From contig NW_003314268.1 in assembly GCF_000143415.4 (NCBI RefSeq), forward strand, positions 2,186,494-2,250,493: a stretch of DNA of 64,000 bases, written 5' to 3'. The stretch is from Selaginella moellendorffii. Its lineage: Eukaryota; Plantae; Lycopodiophyta. Positions within the stretch are counted from its first letter, which is position 1, and every line of letters starts with the position of its first letter. The position numbers and the translations under genes were made by a program. This document shows positions 23,156 through 35,970 of the stretch, in pieces. The notes below the pieces were generated by a model. The model searched no databases. It saw only the letters and a list, made by a program, of their open reading frames with translations, and had not been told where the DNA came from.

Positions 23156-26100
23156 ATGGCAGATCAGCAATCTCCTCCTTTGACTCTGGAGTAGCAGTTG
23201 GTACAATTGCTTGATGCTATGCGCTTACAATTGAACAGCCAAACTTAGTTGATGGCAACATTCACGGCACATGGTACAACTCCTCCTGCTCTTGGTGCCA
23301 ATCCTCGCGTTCGGCTAGAGTTCTTTCGCGGGAATCCTGGGGATGATGTGTACCATTGGTTCGGTCACTTTACGGTGATTGCCACATATCATTCTTGGGA
23401 TGATGCTTGATATTTGCTTGAGTTTCCCACATGTCTCCAAGGGACGGCGTTGCAGTGGTACAACGGTTTGGGAGCAGCCACTCGTGGGGATTGGAGTGTT
23501 CTTCCAGATGTCTTCAAACGCACCTTCGGACATGCCGATGACTGTGATGATGCTTTCCAACAATTGCATCGTCTTCGCCAAAGGCCATCTGAGTCAGTGA
23601 TGTAATTTGGTGTTCGTTTCCAAAGTCTTTTGCTTCGTGCGGAGCCAAATATGTCAGAGCGGATCAAGCTAAGAATGTTGTGTCTAGCACTTCGTCAAGA
23701 TCTTGTCGGACTTGTGCATGCACTTGCTCCCACCACTCTTGACGATGCTCTTCGCTTGGCACAACGTTATGAGACGTCGCCTCTTCCACTTCTCGCTGCA
23801 CGTCCTTCAGCTCCACTTCATGTGGGTGATGGTCCTGTTCCAATGGAGGTTGATGCTACTGCTACTCAAGTCCAAGGTCAAGGGCGAGGACGTGGTCGTG
23901 GCCATGATGTTCGCTGTTGGGCATGTGATGAAGTTGGTCATACTTATCGGCGTTGTCGGCGTTTTCCAGATTGGCAACCTCCATTTCCTGGGTGGAGACC
24001 TTGGCGTTAGCAATGTCCTGCTGGTGCTGCTACAATGGAAGTTTGGACACCGAGATACATCCGGGAAACGAGGAGTCGCGCGAGTAACGAAGGGACTTTG
24101 CGCGAATAAGTCAGTGACCCCTCCATCTTTCTTTCGGGAGTATCATCAAGGGGTTCACTCAGCACCAGTTCATCCAATGTTTACTTTCCAAGCTCGTCTT
24201 TATAACAAGAGGTCTCCTATTATTCTCTTCGTGTTGGTTGATACAGGTTCGAGTTTATCTTCTATTGCTCGACCTGTTGCCACATGTTGTCGTCTACACT
24301 TGCGTCATGCGGCGGAACCAGTTTTCATTCTTTATGGCAACGGCCATACATATGCATGAGCACAGGATGAGGCAGACCTGGTTGTGCGTGTGGGCGATCT
24401 CGAGCTTGAGTTGTAGTCGTTGCGGGTGGTGCCGAGTCAAGCTTTTGACCTCATTCTTGGTATGGATTGGTTGCAACGCAATCATGCCAAGTGTGACTTT
24501 GAGGCTTCTCCCCCTTGTCTCATACTTCCTTACGTTTCATCCATTCCTCTCACTTCCGTACCTCTTCGTCCCTCTACTTCTACCTCTGCTTCCATTACTT
24601 TTGTTTCCCCACTATTTCCTCCTATGTTTCCATCTTGTTCTGCTCTTCCCTTTTCCAATCCTTTCGACGATCTTTGTGTTGCAGCAATTGACCGGCTCAC
24701 TGATCTCTTTGACTTTGACCTATTGTCTAGAGCCAGGATTGCCACACGTCATCCGATTCCAACTAGAAATGCTCGTCCAATCAAGGTTCCTGTTCGTCGT
24801 CGGTCACCAAAGGAGATCAAGATTTTACTTGCAAATGTCAAGGAGATGTTGGAGAAGAGTGTTATTCAGAAATCGCGGAGTCCTTGGGCATGTGAACCTC
24901 ATCTTGTGACGAAGCCTAATGGGAGTATTTGTTTCTGCATCGACTATCGTCCATTAAATGACGTAACGATCCCGGATGTGTACTCTCTTCCTCACACTGC
25001 TGATCTCTTGGATCGTCTGGGGCAAAGTCGTTGGTTCACTAAGCTAGATCTTGCTTCTGGGTACTGGCAAGTACCAATGGCCAAAGAAGATATTCCTAAA
25101 ACTGTTTTTCGTAGACCATTTGGCTTGTATGAGTTCTTGGTGATGCCATTTGGTTTGAACAATGCTTTAGCAACTTTTCAACGGATGATGGACAAGGTTC
25201 TTTGCGATATGCCGAAGGTGACTGCTGACTTTATTGATGATGTCTTGATTCACTCGGAGGGGATGTGGGAGGAGCACGTTCGTGATGTTTGTAAAGTGTT
25301 GGATTGGCTATGCAATGTTGGTTTAAAGCTGAAGTGGTCGAAGTGCGTGTTTGGATCCAAGAACACAATTTATCTTGGGTACTATATTTCTCGTGAGGGT
25401 TTGCAAGTTGATCCTGACAAACTTATGGCTGTTCTGAAGTTCTATACTCCAAAGTGTGTGAATGATGTGCAGCGCTTCTTGGGCAAGGTGCAGTATCTCG
25501 GGTGTTTTGTGGATCATCTTTCTAATCGCACTACACCATTGCGAGCGTTGCTGAAGTCATCAACGTCATCTTTCATTTGGTCTCCGGATTGTGAGCGAGC
25601 GTTCAGGGATCTCAAAGAGTTATTGACAACTCCTCCGGTTTTGGCATATCTTGACTACACTTGACCTTTTATTTTGCGCATGGATGCTTTTGACATAGGT
25701 CTTGGAGGTGTATTAATGCAAAAGAGCTTGAGTGTGCCTGGTCAGCGCCATCCCACTGTATATATAAGCCGTACATTACAACCAGCGGAGATGAACTACT
25801 CCACGACAGAGGAGTGTTTAGCAGCAGTTTGGGGTTTCGAGAAACTTCATGCATATCTATATGGTTCTCGGACATTATTTGAAGGTGACCATGCTGTTGT
25901 TACTTCGTTATTAAAGCGGAAGAACCTAGTTGGTCATACTGCTCGGTGGGTTTTGAAGCTTTAGATATATGATTTTGATGTTGTTCACCGCCCAGGGAGT
26001 TTTATGGCTGATGCTAATGCCCTTTCTCGAGCTCCTCTTCCTTCTTCACTCTCTTCTCATGTTTTTTATGAGCCTGTTGTTCCAGCATTTGTGGATTTTC

Positions 26101-27732
26101 TAGATGAGGATTTTGTGCCATCGGCGGTTACTATACTTGACGTTTAGTGTCCACAAGGTGCAGAGCAAGATCTACCTTCGCTTGATGAAATTTGTGAGAC
26201 TCAAAAGATTGAGCCATGGATTCGAAGGCTTCGAGATGGGTTTGAGAATCCTGCATCACTTGCTGATGACTTGCCTTTCCAGCATTTACATTCTCAATAT
26301 CATCTTAAAGATGGCCTTCTTTATTTTGTGGGGACAGATCCTGATGATCATTTACAACTGGTGGTGCCTTCTATCTTTATTCCGCGGTTTCTCCATGCCT
26401 ACCATGATTCTCCTGTTCTAGGTGGGCATATGGGACATCGTCGTGTAATCGAGAAGCTACGCAAGTTTTTCTATTGGCCGGATATGCGATGTGATATTAT
26501 CCGGTATGTGCGTAGTTGCGTTTGGTGCCAAGCTCGTAATACTCCCCCTCGGGCTCCAGAAGGACGGTTGGAGTCAATTGCAGTTTCCCGTCTGTTTGAG
26601 TTGGTGGCGTTTGATCTTATGGGACCTTTTCCACAGTCGACTGTTGGCAATGAGTATGTTATTATTGCTTCTGACTACTTAACTCGTTGGGTGGAAGTTG
26701 GTGCTCTTGCTAGCGCATCTACAATTGCTATTGGATACTTCCTCCTCAATCGAGTGGTGTTCCAGCATTCTTGTCTAGAGCGGATTCTTTCGGATAATGG
26801 TCCCGCATTTATGGCTGAGGCATTTCATGTTTTGACGTCTCGGTTGGGGATTTGCCACACTTTCACGAGTGCTTATCATCCACAATCAGACGGTCTGGTG
26901 GAACGGCTCTTTCAGACGTTCAAAGGGATGATCGCGAAGTATGTGAACTTTCAGCATTCGGATTGGGATAGTTATTTGCCATCTCTTCGGTATGTATATG
27001 TCACTAGGGTGCAGAGTTTTGTTGGTGTTTCACCATATAAACTCCTATATGGTCATGATCCAATATTACTAACGGAGCTGGATTTACCTTCGCAATTGCC
27101 ACGAGCTGCGGATGCTAGGTCATGGGATCAATATTCTTCCACTTGTCCGAGCGGAGTCTGCCGAACACTTAGGCCGCGTATAAGTGGGACAACAATGGCG
27201 TTACAACTCCCATCATCGTCCACCTGCAAAGTACAAAGTGGATGATTTGGTGTTAGTTCGTTTTCCCCATCTTATGGTACGTGGTTTATCTAAAGGGCTC
27301 CTTGCATAGTGGAAAGGACCGTATCGAGTGTTACGGCAAGTTGGACCACAAGTTTATGAGGTTTAGCATGACGTCTAGCAGGCTGATCCTCCAGAGATTG
27401 TGCATGTGCAGCAGTTGAAACGCTTCATACAAAGGGATCAGGAGCGGTTAATACCATCTACAAATCCGCCGATGCCTCCTCCTGATGTTCCTCCAGATCC
27501 CGGCCCATCTACAAGAGAACCTTGAGTGTCTTCCATTATTCCGAGAGGAGGGGATGATGTGAGGGCCAAGTGTATGGCTACGATGCCGTATATTAATATT
27601 AGTGTAGTGGGATTTTAGTAGCCGTCAGATTGGTTTCAATCCGGACCACTCGCTCCTGTATATAAGCTAGGGTTTTTGGGCTAATGGATACACACATTTC
27701 TGTATTCCCTTTCCATATTCCATGCACTCACA
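23156..27732 (+). mobile_element. Decayed Ty3/gypsy LTR retrotransposon (gag-PR-RT-RNaseH-INT, 3' LTR present, 5' LTR missing)
   Basis: gag from ATG 23156 with CCHC knuckle CWACDEVGHTYRRC; protease LVDTGS and LILGMDWL; RT motifs CIDYRPLN, LDLASGYWQ, MPFGL, FIDD; RNase H DA(F)DIGLGGVL; integrase HHCC, DDE and WKGPY motif; several in-frame stops; PPT GAGAGGAGGGGA at 27543-27554. Confidence 0.95.
27558..27732 (+). repeat. Short 3' LTR (175 bp) of the gypsy element
   Basis: Follows the PPT; inverted termini TGTGAG...CTCACA; contains TATATAA. Confidence 0.75.
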
Positions 27733-28746
27733 ACACTTTCTAGTATATTGTATTTTATTTTATCATTTAATGGTTGATATGTAATAAGATCAGTCTTGTA
27801 TTTATAAATTATTAACATGCATATAATTATAAATATTTATTTGATAAATTAGATAATAAGTAGGAATAACACTAGTATTAAACAAACTAAGCAGTACTAC
27901 ATGCAATGCATAGCAAATTTTTTAATTTTTTAGAAAAACTTTTATAATTAATCAAATTAATTTAATTTAATCTAAAATATTCTTTATAATATTTAATTTT
28001 CATATAAACTTTTATATTCTTGGTAGATCTGTAAGAAAACATTTTATATCGTACAGTGGATACTTCCTTTTATAAACCTTTATAAACTTCTCACCAAACT
28101 AGTATGAGTTTAACTAAATAACCATATATTTATAATCTAAATTAATTTATAAAGATGAATATGTATATATATATATCATAAATAATATAAATAAAATATA
28201 TAAACTAAACCCTAAAAAATTATAATGGGAGTTTTATAGTTGTATTTATATTTTCTATAATAATTATTTATAAAACTAAAGGAAGTATAAATAATTTTAG
28301 TAAGTTATATGGTTTTAGCTAACAAATTTGTAGATTCATATAGCATGTTTATTGTATTCTATATAAACCATATTATAAAATAATTTAATTTTCTTTTATA
28401 TTTAAGTTTATTTTTATATTTTTTTATCTGTTACTTGACTTGATTTTCATCAGAAACTTTTATATTAAAAACATAAGAGAAACTATTTAATATAATTAGA
28501 CATAAATAATTCAAAATTAAAAAGATAAATAAGTAAGTTAATTCTTTGACTAGAAGATATTTAAAATATTTTGAACTAGCAAATAAAAGAACATGATAAC
28601 ACAACTATAAAATGTTACATTCATCGAGGGACTTCATGAAGGTAACAAGGCTGTTAGTCTCAATGTTGTCATCCAAAACACCCCAAAACATAGTTGTTGG
28701 TAGGAGTAAAATTTAATTGATATGCACATATTAACTAAATAAATTT

Positions 28747-28792
<46 letters not shown>

Positions 28793-28797
28793 ATATA

Positions 28798-28830
<33 letters not shown>

Positions 28831-28859
28831 ATGTATATATGTATATATGTATATATATA
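28747..28859. repeat. (TA)n / (TATG) microsatellite
   Basis: Directly visible. Confidence 0.95.
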
Positions 28860-29105
28860 GTCTCAAATAAATATTCTGCAACAAATTTCTATTAAATAAT
28901 ATTCTGGAGAATCTATTTCCAATAATATAATCAATCTATTTTTAAAATTTATAAAATTGTTAGCTTTTTAATTGATGTGGCACAATTATGTGGCACTGAT
29001 GTGGCACTGATATGTCACAAAACACACTCTTGGCGCAAGTGCACGGTGGTGAAGCGTGCGCCACTTTTCCTATTTAATTTATGCCGGGGTTAGCTCCACC
29101 CATCC

Positions 29106-31339
29106 ATGGATTCACTACGGAACATTCTCGCTCCCCCCTCCTCCGCCTCCGCCTCCGACGAAGAGGGAATCAAGAATCAAGTTCTAATCCCACGGGTAGG
29201 TTTTTTTCCCTCTCTTTGTATCGTGGTCTTCATCGTTCCTCGTTCCTCGCGTGCGCAGCAAAAGGGAGCTTTCCGGAAGCTCCTGGCGTTTTTGGGCCCC
29301 GGTTTCTTGGTGTGCATTGCTTACATTGATCCCGCTAATTGTACGTGTGCTCTTGCTTTTCCTCAAACCCCGGTTTCTTATTTACCATTTCCTTCCAGTT
29401 GAAAGCGATCTCCAATCTGGAGCACAGTACAGATATGAGGTTTTTTTCTTTGTTTGATTCGTTCACACCATCTTCTCTCAGCTCTTGTGGGTTGTGCTCT
29501 TTGCGTCCGTGGCTGGATTGATCATTCAATCGCTCGCTGCCAACTTGGGAGTCGTAACTGGTAAGGAGCAAACTTTGCGATTGCGAGATCATTTCTTTTT
29601 TTATATCAGGGAGGCATCTAGCGGAGCACTGCAGGACTGAGTACCCGCGGCTAGTGAAATACGTGCTATGGATTCTAGCCGAGGTGACGATCATCGCATC
29701 GGACATTCCCGAAGGTCTGGCGCATTGTTTTTCATCGCAACACGTAAAAACTCTTGTTCTTGGACTCTTGGCAGTGATCGGCACCGCATTCGCATTGAAC
29801 ATGCTTTTCAGCATACCGCTTTGGATCGGAGTTCTTCTCACCGGAGTGAGCACGCTGCTTTTGCTTGCGTTGCAACAATATGGAGTACGTGATGTTTTTC
29901 TTCCGTTTTTTTCTGGTTTTCTAAACTTTGTGAGAGCACTCCAGGTCAGGAAGCTGGAGTTCGTGGTGGCTCTCTTTGTTTTTGTCATGGTCGGCTGCTT
30001 CTTTGCGGAGCTGGGCTATGCCAAGCCGGAAGCTAGTGAAGTGCTCAAGGGGTTTATACCGAGATTGAGCGGCCACGGCGCAACTGGAATCGCAATCTCT
30101 TTGCTCGGCGCGATGATCATGCCGTAAGCTCGATCAATGATCGTGCTTCTTCCAACGCTCTAACTTCTTTTCTTTGTGTGACAGGCATAACCTTTACCTC
30201 CATTCGGCGCTGGTACTAACTCGAAAAATCCATCGATCGGAGGAAGCTATCAAGGCAAGATGGAGAATTTTTTCTTTTGCTCTTGCTAAGCTTTTATCTA
30301 TGGATTCACAGGAAGGATGTAGATACTACCTTTTGGAGTGTGGATTCGCCATCTTCCTCTCCTTCCTTATCAACGTCTGTGTCATCTCTGTAAGCGCGAC
30401 GGTGTGCTTCAGGCCGGATCTCTCTCCAGAAGACAGAGACAAGTGCTCCGACTTGGACCTCAACCAGGCCTCCTTTTTGCTTCGCGTAAGTCACGAAAGC
30501 TTCCATTTTTCTCTTTTGTAAGCTCGGGTTCTTCCTTCCCTATAGAACGTTCTCGGGCAATGGAGCAAAGTCATATTCGCAGTGGCGCTCCTGGCATCTG
30601 GAGAGAGCTCCACCATCACGGGGACTTACGCGGGGCAGTACGTGATGCAAGGCTTCCTCAACCTCCGGCTCAAACCATGGATGAGAAACTTGCTCACTCG
30701 CAGCGTTGCCATTGTTCCCAGCTTGGTGGTCGCTCTTATCGGAGGCTCCCGGAGCGCTGGACAACTGATCATAGTTTGCTCGGTAAGAAATCCAAAGAAA
30801 AGAAGAAACCATCCATTCTAACTCGTATCAACTTCCAGATGATCCTATCGTTCGTGCTGCCATTCGTGCTAATTCCACTCCTGCGTTTCACAGGCAGCAA
30901 GCTCAAAATGGGAGCACACGTAAACTCTCTCGGGGTATAACTGGTTCTTGTTTGATATCTTTGCTTGTGTTGCTAAGATCATCGTCTTGGGCAGATCATG
31001 ATCGTCACTGGTTTCATCGGTGGCTGCGTGATGACTGTCAATGTCTACTTCCTCGTCTCGGCTTTCGTGAAGTGGCTGATATCGAGCCACACTCTCCTGG
31101 CGGGGCGTGTTATTCTCGGCATGATCGTCTTCTCCCTGACGCTGCTATATCTCCTCTTCATCGCTTATCTCAGCTTGCGGCCCCTCTCGGACACAGCGTG
31201 CTTCCCAGACCCGGCCGAGACGAAGGACCTCGAGAGCGAGGTGCTGGAGGATGAAAAGGCGGCCGCGCAAGTCTTGAACCGGACAGACATCTTGAAAATG
31301 CAGCTCCCGGGGGATGTGCTCGCGGAAGACTCCGAGTGA
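29106..31339 (+). CDS. NRAMP: NRAMP metal transporter, NRAMP1/6-type, multi-exon
   Basis: [42 protein letters not shown] and [17 protein letters not shown] motifs across exons with about 55-nt introns. Confidence 0.95.
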
Positions 31340-31346
31340 AGATCAA

Positions 31347-32737
31347 TCATCTCATGCTTCCGCCCTCTAGGACGTCGATCATGTTGTACAGCCGCTTCTC
31401 TGACTTCTCTTGGATCTGAAAGCGGGGGAAAATCTCACTTTTAACAGGAAGGCAAGGAAAATGACAGAGAACTTTGCACCTTCTTAGATAGGAACAAGAC
31501 GGCATCAACTGTTCCCTGAGCGTAGATACTTCGGCCACAAACATTGTGCTTGAATTCAAAGAAAACACTGCAAAAGAGATCAATCAAAAGAATTTTTTTT
31601 TTCTCTGCTCTTGAACGTAATGAGAGATAACTTACGTGCCATCTGGTGATATAATTTTGTAGGTGTGAAATGCATGGCCATTAAGATGCTGCTCCGGTAC
31701 TCCCATTCTCGTCATTTGCTCCTTCGGATCCCTCACGAGCTCCACCTGGAAAATCATCAAGGAACGCAATGTACAATATAAACTCGTACGAATAATTCTT
31801 CCAACCTGCTCGTCCTTAAAGTCTAACCCCAGCTTGCGAAGACTGGAAATGACTGCTAAAGCAGTGCCCGAAACATCAGCTTTGGTAGATTGATGGGACT
31901 CAGTCACCTGATTGATTGTTCAAGTCAGTCAGTACCACATTCCCCAACTTTTGCGTACCTGGAGAGTATATCCCGAGAAAGCTCCAGGGAATTGCTTAGC
32001 CATAATCTCCATTGCTGCTACGAAAGCGACGACCTGAGAAAAGAGAAACTAAACCTCCAAACGATCAAAAGAACAAGAACAAGTCCACCTGTTTCCCCAT
32101 CTGTGGCGCAATGATAGAGTAAGTTCCCGATTTTCTTGCTACATCCAAGAGCTTCTCGCGATCGCCCCCCGTTGTTCCCATCACAAAAGGGAGCCCCTGC
32201 TTGCAGTAAAACTCCGCATTGTCTAGAAGACAACCCAGTAAGAACGAGAGAAAAACACGAGAGGAGGGATTCCTTCCTTACCATTTACAGCGGCAGGAAG
32301 AGTGTAATCGACAACGATGACATTGGGATACTCCGTGATCACCTCCTTGACAACATCCTCTCTCTCGGACACTTCCCGGACGTCCACCTCCACATTCCCA
32401 ATCACGACTCTCTTGCCTCCTCTCCCCGGCCCTGTCAAGCTCAGCGGCACCAATCTCAGCCCAGCCGCCACCGCGGCCTCCGCCACAGCCTGCCCGACCT
32501 TGCCTGTGCAATCGTTCACCTGGAAATGGATATTTCACCCCGGAATCCCACACAAAGAGAGATGCCACTCACCATCACCGGCGCCGCGGCAAGGACAGGA
32601 CTCTCTAGATTCCTGCCAGGCATCTCCACGGAGAGCCGCGCCGAGCACCTGGATCTCGCACACCTGCGCTTCCTGGATTCCGCATTGGTGAGCGGCGCGA
32701 TCGGGCGAGCGCCGGGGCGGAGAAGAAGCGCGCACAT
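31347..32737 (-). CDS. DAPB: 4-hydroxy-tetrahydrodipicolinate reductase, plastid-type, multi-exon
   Basis: Transit-like N-terminus; VNDCTGKVG, PFVMGTTGGDR, ESHQSTKADVSGTA, HNVCGRSIYAQG; C-terminus YNMIDVLEGGSMR. Confidence 0.93.
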
Positions 32738-32883
32738 TCTAGCTAGCCCTAGCGATCGAGAGAGCGAGAGAATAAACCCCGGACCCAGGGTGTCCTTAGC
32801 AAAGCCCGGTCACATATAAAAGGCCCCCCTTGATAAGCTTAGCCTCATCCTTTGGCTGCTAGGGCTTGGCGCTGGGCGCGACG

Positions 32884-34220
32884 ATGTCGCATTTTGGGCG
32901 ATCGGGGCCGCCGGACATCCGCGATACGTACTCGCTCCTCGTCCTCAACATCACCTTCCGTGAGTGATTTCTTCCTCTTCGCTCCTCCCAGCGCGCGCTC
33001 TCTCGCGCGCTAGAATCTGCATTGGATTTCTAGGGTTTCACGGCCCGTGTTGCAGGGACCAGCGCCGACGATTTGTTTCCTTTGTTTGATAGATATGGAA
33101 AAGTGGTTGATATTTTTATCCCAAGAGACCGGAGGTAAAGCTCGCAAATGTTGGCCTTCTTCCAGACAGTGCCCTTGATTTTTTCTTTTCTTTTCTTCCT
33201 TCGTGCTTTCCAGAACCGGGGACTCGAGGGGATTTGCTTTCGTTCGTTACAAGCACGCTGACGAAGCTCAAAAGGCAATTGAGAGGCTTGATGGTATGCT
33301 TCCATACTTTGTCTTGTAGTTCTTTGTTAAATTCTCGTGCTTGGTTACTTCGCAGGTAAGAATGTAGATGGAAGAAATATTGTTGTCCAATTTGCGAAAT
33401 ACGGCAGGAACGATGAGTCAATGTGAGTGAAGAGCTCGGATGCTCTTGGTGGTTTTTTTATTCTCTCTTTCTTTTCTTTTCTGCAGCCACCGTGGAAAAA
33501 TAACTTCGTCCAGTCCAATCTGGCGCAGCCGGTCCAGGAGCCGGAGTCCTCGGAGAGGAAGGTAAGAAACTTTCGGACATTGAAAATTTTTCGTTGGATA
33601 GATGGAGACTCAATTCTTATCTCGTTGATTGTAGAAGGGATTATGACGACTACCGAGAGAGAGATAGAGACCGAAGGCGTAGCCGTAGTCGCGAAAGATA
33701 CGAACGCGAGAGATACCGCGGGCGTGACAGTAGAGATTACCGGAGGCGGAGCTTTAGCCGCAGCCGAAGCCGCAGTAGAAGTAGAGGCCGTGGCCACGAC
33801 TATCCCCGAGACAATCGTGACGGCGGCCGCGATGGCCGCGATGCTCGTGATGGTCGTGATGGCCGCGAGGGGCGAAGACGATCCCGGAGTAAATCACCCG
33901 AGAGGCAAGCGTCTCCAGTCATTGAAAGGTGGTGGCTTTGAACACTAAGCGCTTTTTTTCCCTTGCTAATTCTTGCTTTTGTTTTGCAGGAGCCCGTCGC
34001 CTCAGCCTCGTCGTAGCGCTTCTCCAGCTCCCAGGAGCCCATCGCCGGTGCGAAACTTGGGCCGTCGCAGCGTCTCTCCGAGAGCAAGTCCATCGCCGGA
34101 TGCGAAAAGTCCCGTGAATGGCCGCCATTCTTCTCCTAATTCAGAGCCTGAGGTTTGCATCTTCTGATCAAAAGCTTGCACCGATCACCAACAATTTCGG
34201 TTCCATCGCAGGAATCCTAA
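32884..34220 (+). CDS. SC35: Serine/arginine-rich splicing factor SC35
   Basis: MSHFGRSGPPDIRDTYSLLVLNITFR, RNP1 RGFAFVRY and an RS domain; spliced GT-AG exons. Confidence 0.95.
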
Positions 34221-35272
34221 TAAGCGAGCGGTGGCATGCGCCTTTGGAGTACCTTGTTAGAGCTATCCGGGGGTGGACAGTCTTAGTAGTACTCATGGAA
34301 GCTGTCCGAGGGACATCTAGCTGAGTGGAGGTGGCACCTCAGCTGGTTCGTCTTTACGTTGCATTTTTTTTTCTTCTTCTCTTGCTCTCTTTCTCACTCT
34401 TCTCTCTCGCTCTCTCCCTCTTTTCTTTCTTTCCATCACTATGATGTATGTTTCTCGCTTATTGGTATGGGAAGGCTGTTGTTGTATGTTTGTCTTGCAT
34501 CTGTGGAGTGCTTTGCCTGTGTGCAGTCATGCTAACGAAATGCTTCTGTGCTTCGTCCACTTTTAGGGGGGTTTTGGTAGTGCTGAGTGGGGTCGTGCCA
34601 AAGTTGCTGCTGCTACTGCCGCTATTGCCGCTGCTGCCGCTACTGCTGCCTCGGAAAAAAAAGGAAAAAACGACTCTAGGAGGATCGCTGGTGCGCGTAA
34701 AAATGGTGCCGTTGTTGGCGACGCTGTGTTCGTGACTGTTTGCTAAGCTGATACCCCAGGGCAGTAATGATCTCCTTTTTTTTTTCTAGTTTTCCATATC
34801 TTCTTCTTTGGAACTAATCCTTTGATTGTTTTGCTGACTTATCTCTTTAAGCGGGTGTTTTAGCAGGAAAGACGCATCAGCTCAGCTCAGCCATTAGCGA
34901 CTATGATAAAACAGAAAGAACAAAGAAAAAAAAAGTAACAAAGATGAAAGAGATGACACCCTCTGATGATGAGAGCCAAACAAAGCTTTTGGAAAAGTTT
35001 TCCTTCGGGTCCCAACACTCTTGACTTTGGCGATAATAGACTATAGTTTTTCGCCGCGCTAGTTTCCAGGGTCAGAGCTCTCCAACAGGCAAGCTGTGGC
35101 TAATCCGCGACTCTTTGAGATCCTCTGGTGTGGCGCCTTTTGTCCTTCGATGGTCCGATTTGGCCAATGGTTGACTGGTGCGTGTGGGAGATATAATCTC
35201 TGGGGATTCTCATCTTGATTGTTCTATCGTCGCCTTCGATTGGGGTGGACGCCAAAGTAGCAAGCATCCAAG

Positions 35273-35970
35273 ATGGCTGTTTTCGATTGCGTGCTGCTCG
35301 TGTCGATTGCTTTCCTCGCTTTGGCGCGATCCGTCCATGGCGGTGTTTCCTTCGCGAGCTTGCCGAGGAGCTTGGTCGTGACGGTGGCGATGAACGAGCA
35401 AGGGCGCTTCTTAAACTGTAAGTAGAGAGCTCTTCTTTTTTCTTCGTGGTGTTCTTCGCTTACCTTGGTGGATTTCTACTCCGATCAGCCGTGGAATCCG
35501 GAAAGGACCGACTCCTGATCAACTGGTCCGTGAATTCCTCTGTCCCAGCTCCCACAAACTTCAAGAACATCAAGCTCAAGCTCTGCTACGCGCCGCCCAG
35601 CCAGCAAAACCGCGGCTGGAGGAAGAGCACCGATGATCTCAAGAAGGACAAGACGTGCCAATTCGACATCGCGACCCAGTCCTACGCGGGCGCCGCTGGA
35701 AACTCCACCGAGTGGCTCATCTCCAAGGACACCCCGGGAGCGCTCTACTTCGTGCGAGCTTACGCGATCAACTCGACCGGGAGCCAAGTCGCGTACGGGC
35801 AGAGCACGAACGCGGCCAAGACGGAGAACATCTTCACCGTGATCCCAATCACCGGCCGCCCCAAATCGCTCTACATTGCCACCGCTTGCTTCTCCCTCTT
35901 CTCCGTGGGATCGCTCGCGATCTTCTTCACGATCGAGAGGAAGCTCGCCGCTGCCAAGAAGGGGAAATAG
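35273..35970 (+). CDS. NAR2: High-affinity nitrate transporter accessory protein NAR2/NRT3, 2 exons
   Basis: Signal peptide MAVFDCVLLVSIAFLALA; KLKLCYAPPSQQNRGWRK...KDKTCQF; YFVRAYA...VAYGQ; C-terminal TM segment. Confidence 0.92.

Noticed and set aside
28973-29018. Three to four copies of (G)ATGTGGCAC upstream of NRAMP as a metal-response element
   Set aside because: Real repeats, but I cannot assign them; similar motifs are common in plant transposon remnants.
32493-32519. DapB nucleotide-binding motif VNDCTGKVG lacks the first Gly
   Set aside because: As I recall, this position varies in plant DapB (G/S); no basis for a functional claim.
34950-35150. Nitrate-responsive (NLP) element upstream of NAR2
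   Set aside because: Only half-sites (TGACCCT and AAGAGTC, both on the minus strand) without the proper bipartite spacing.
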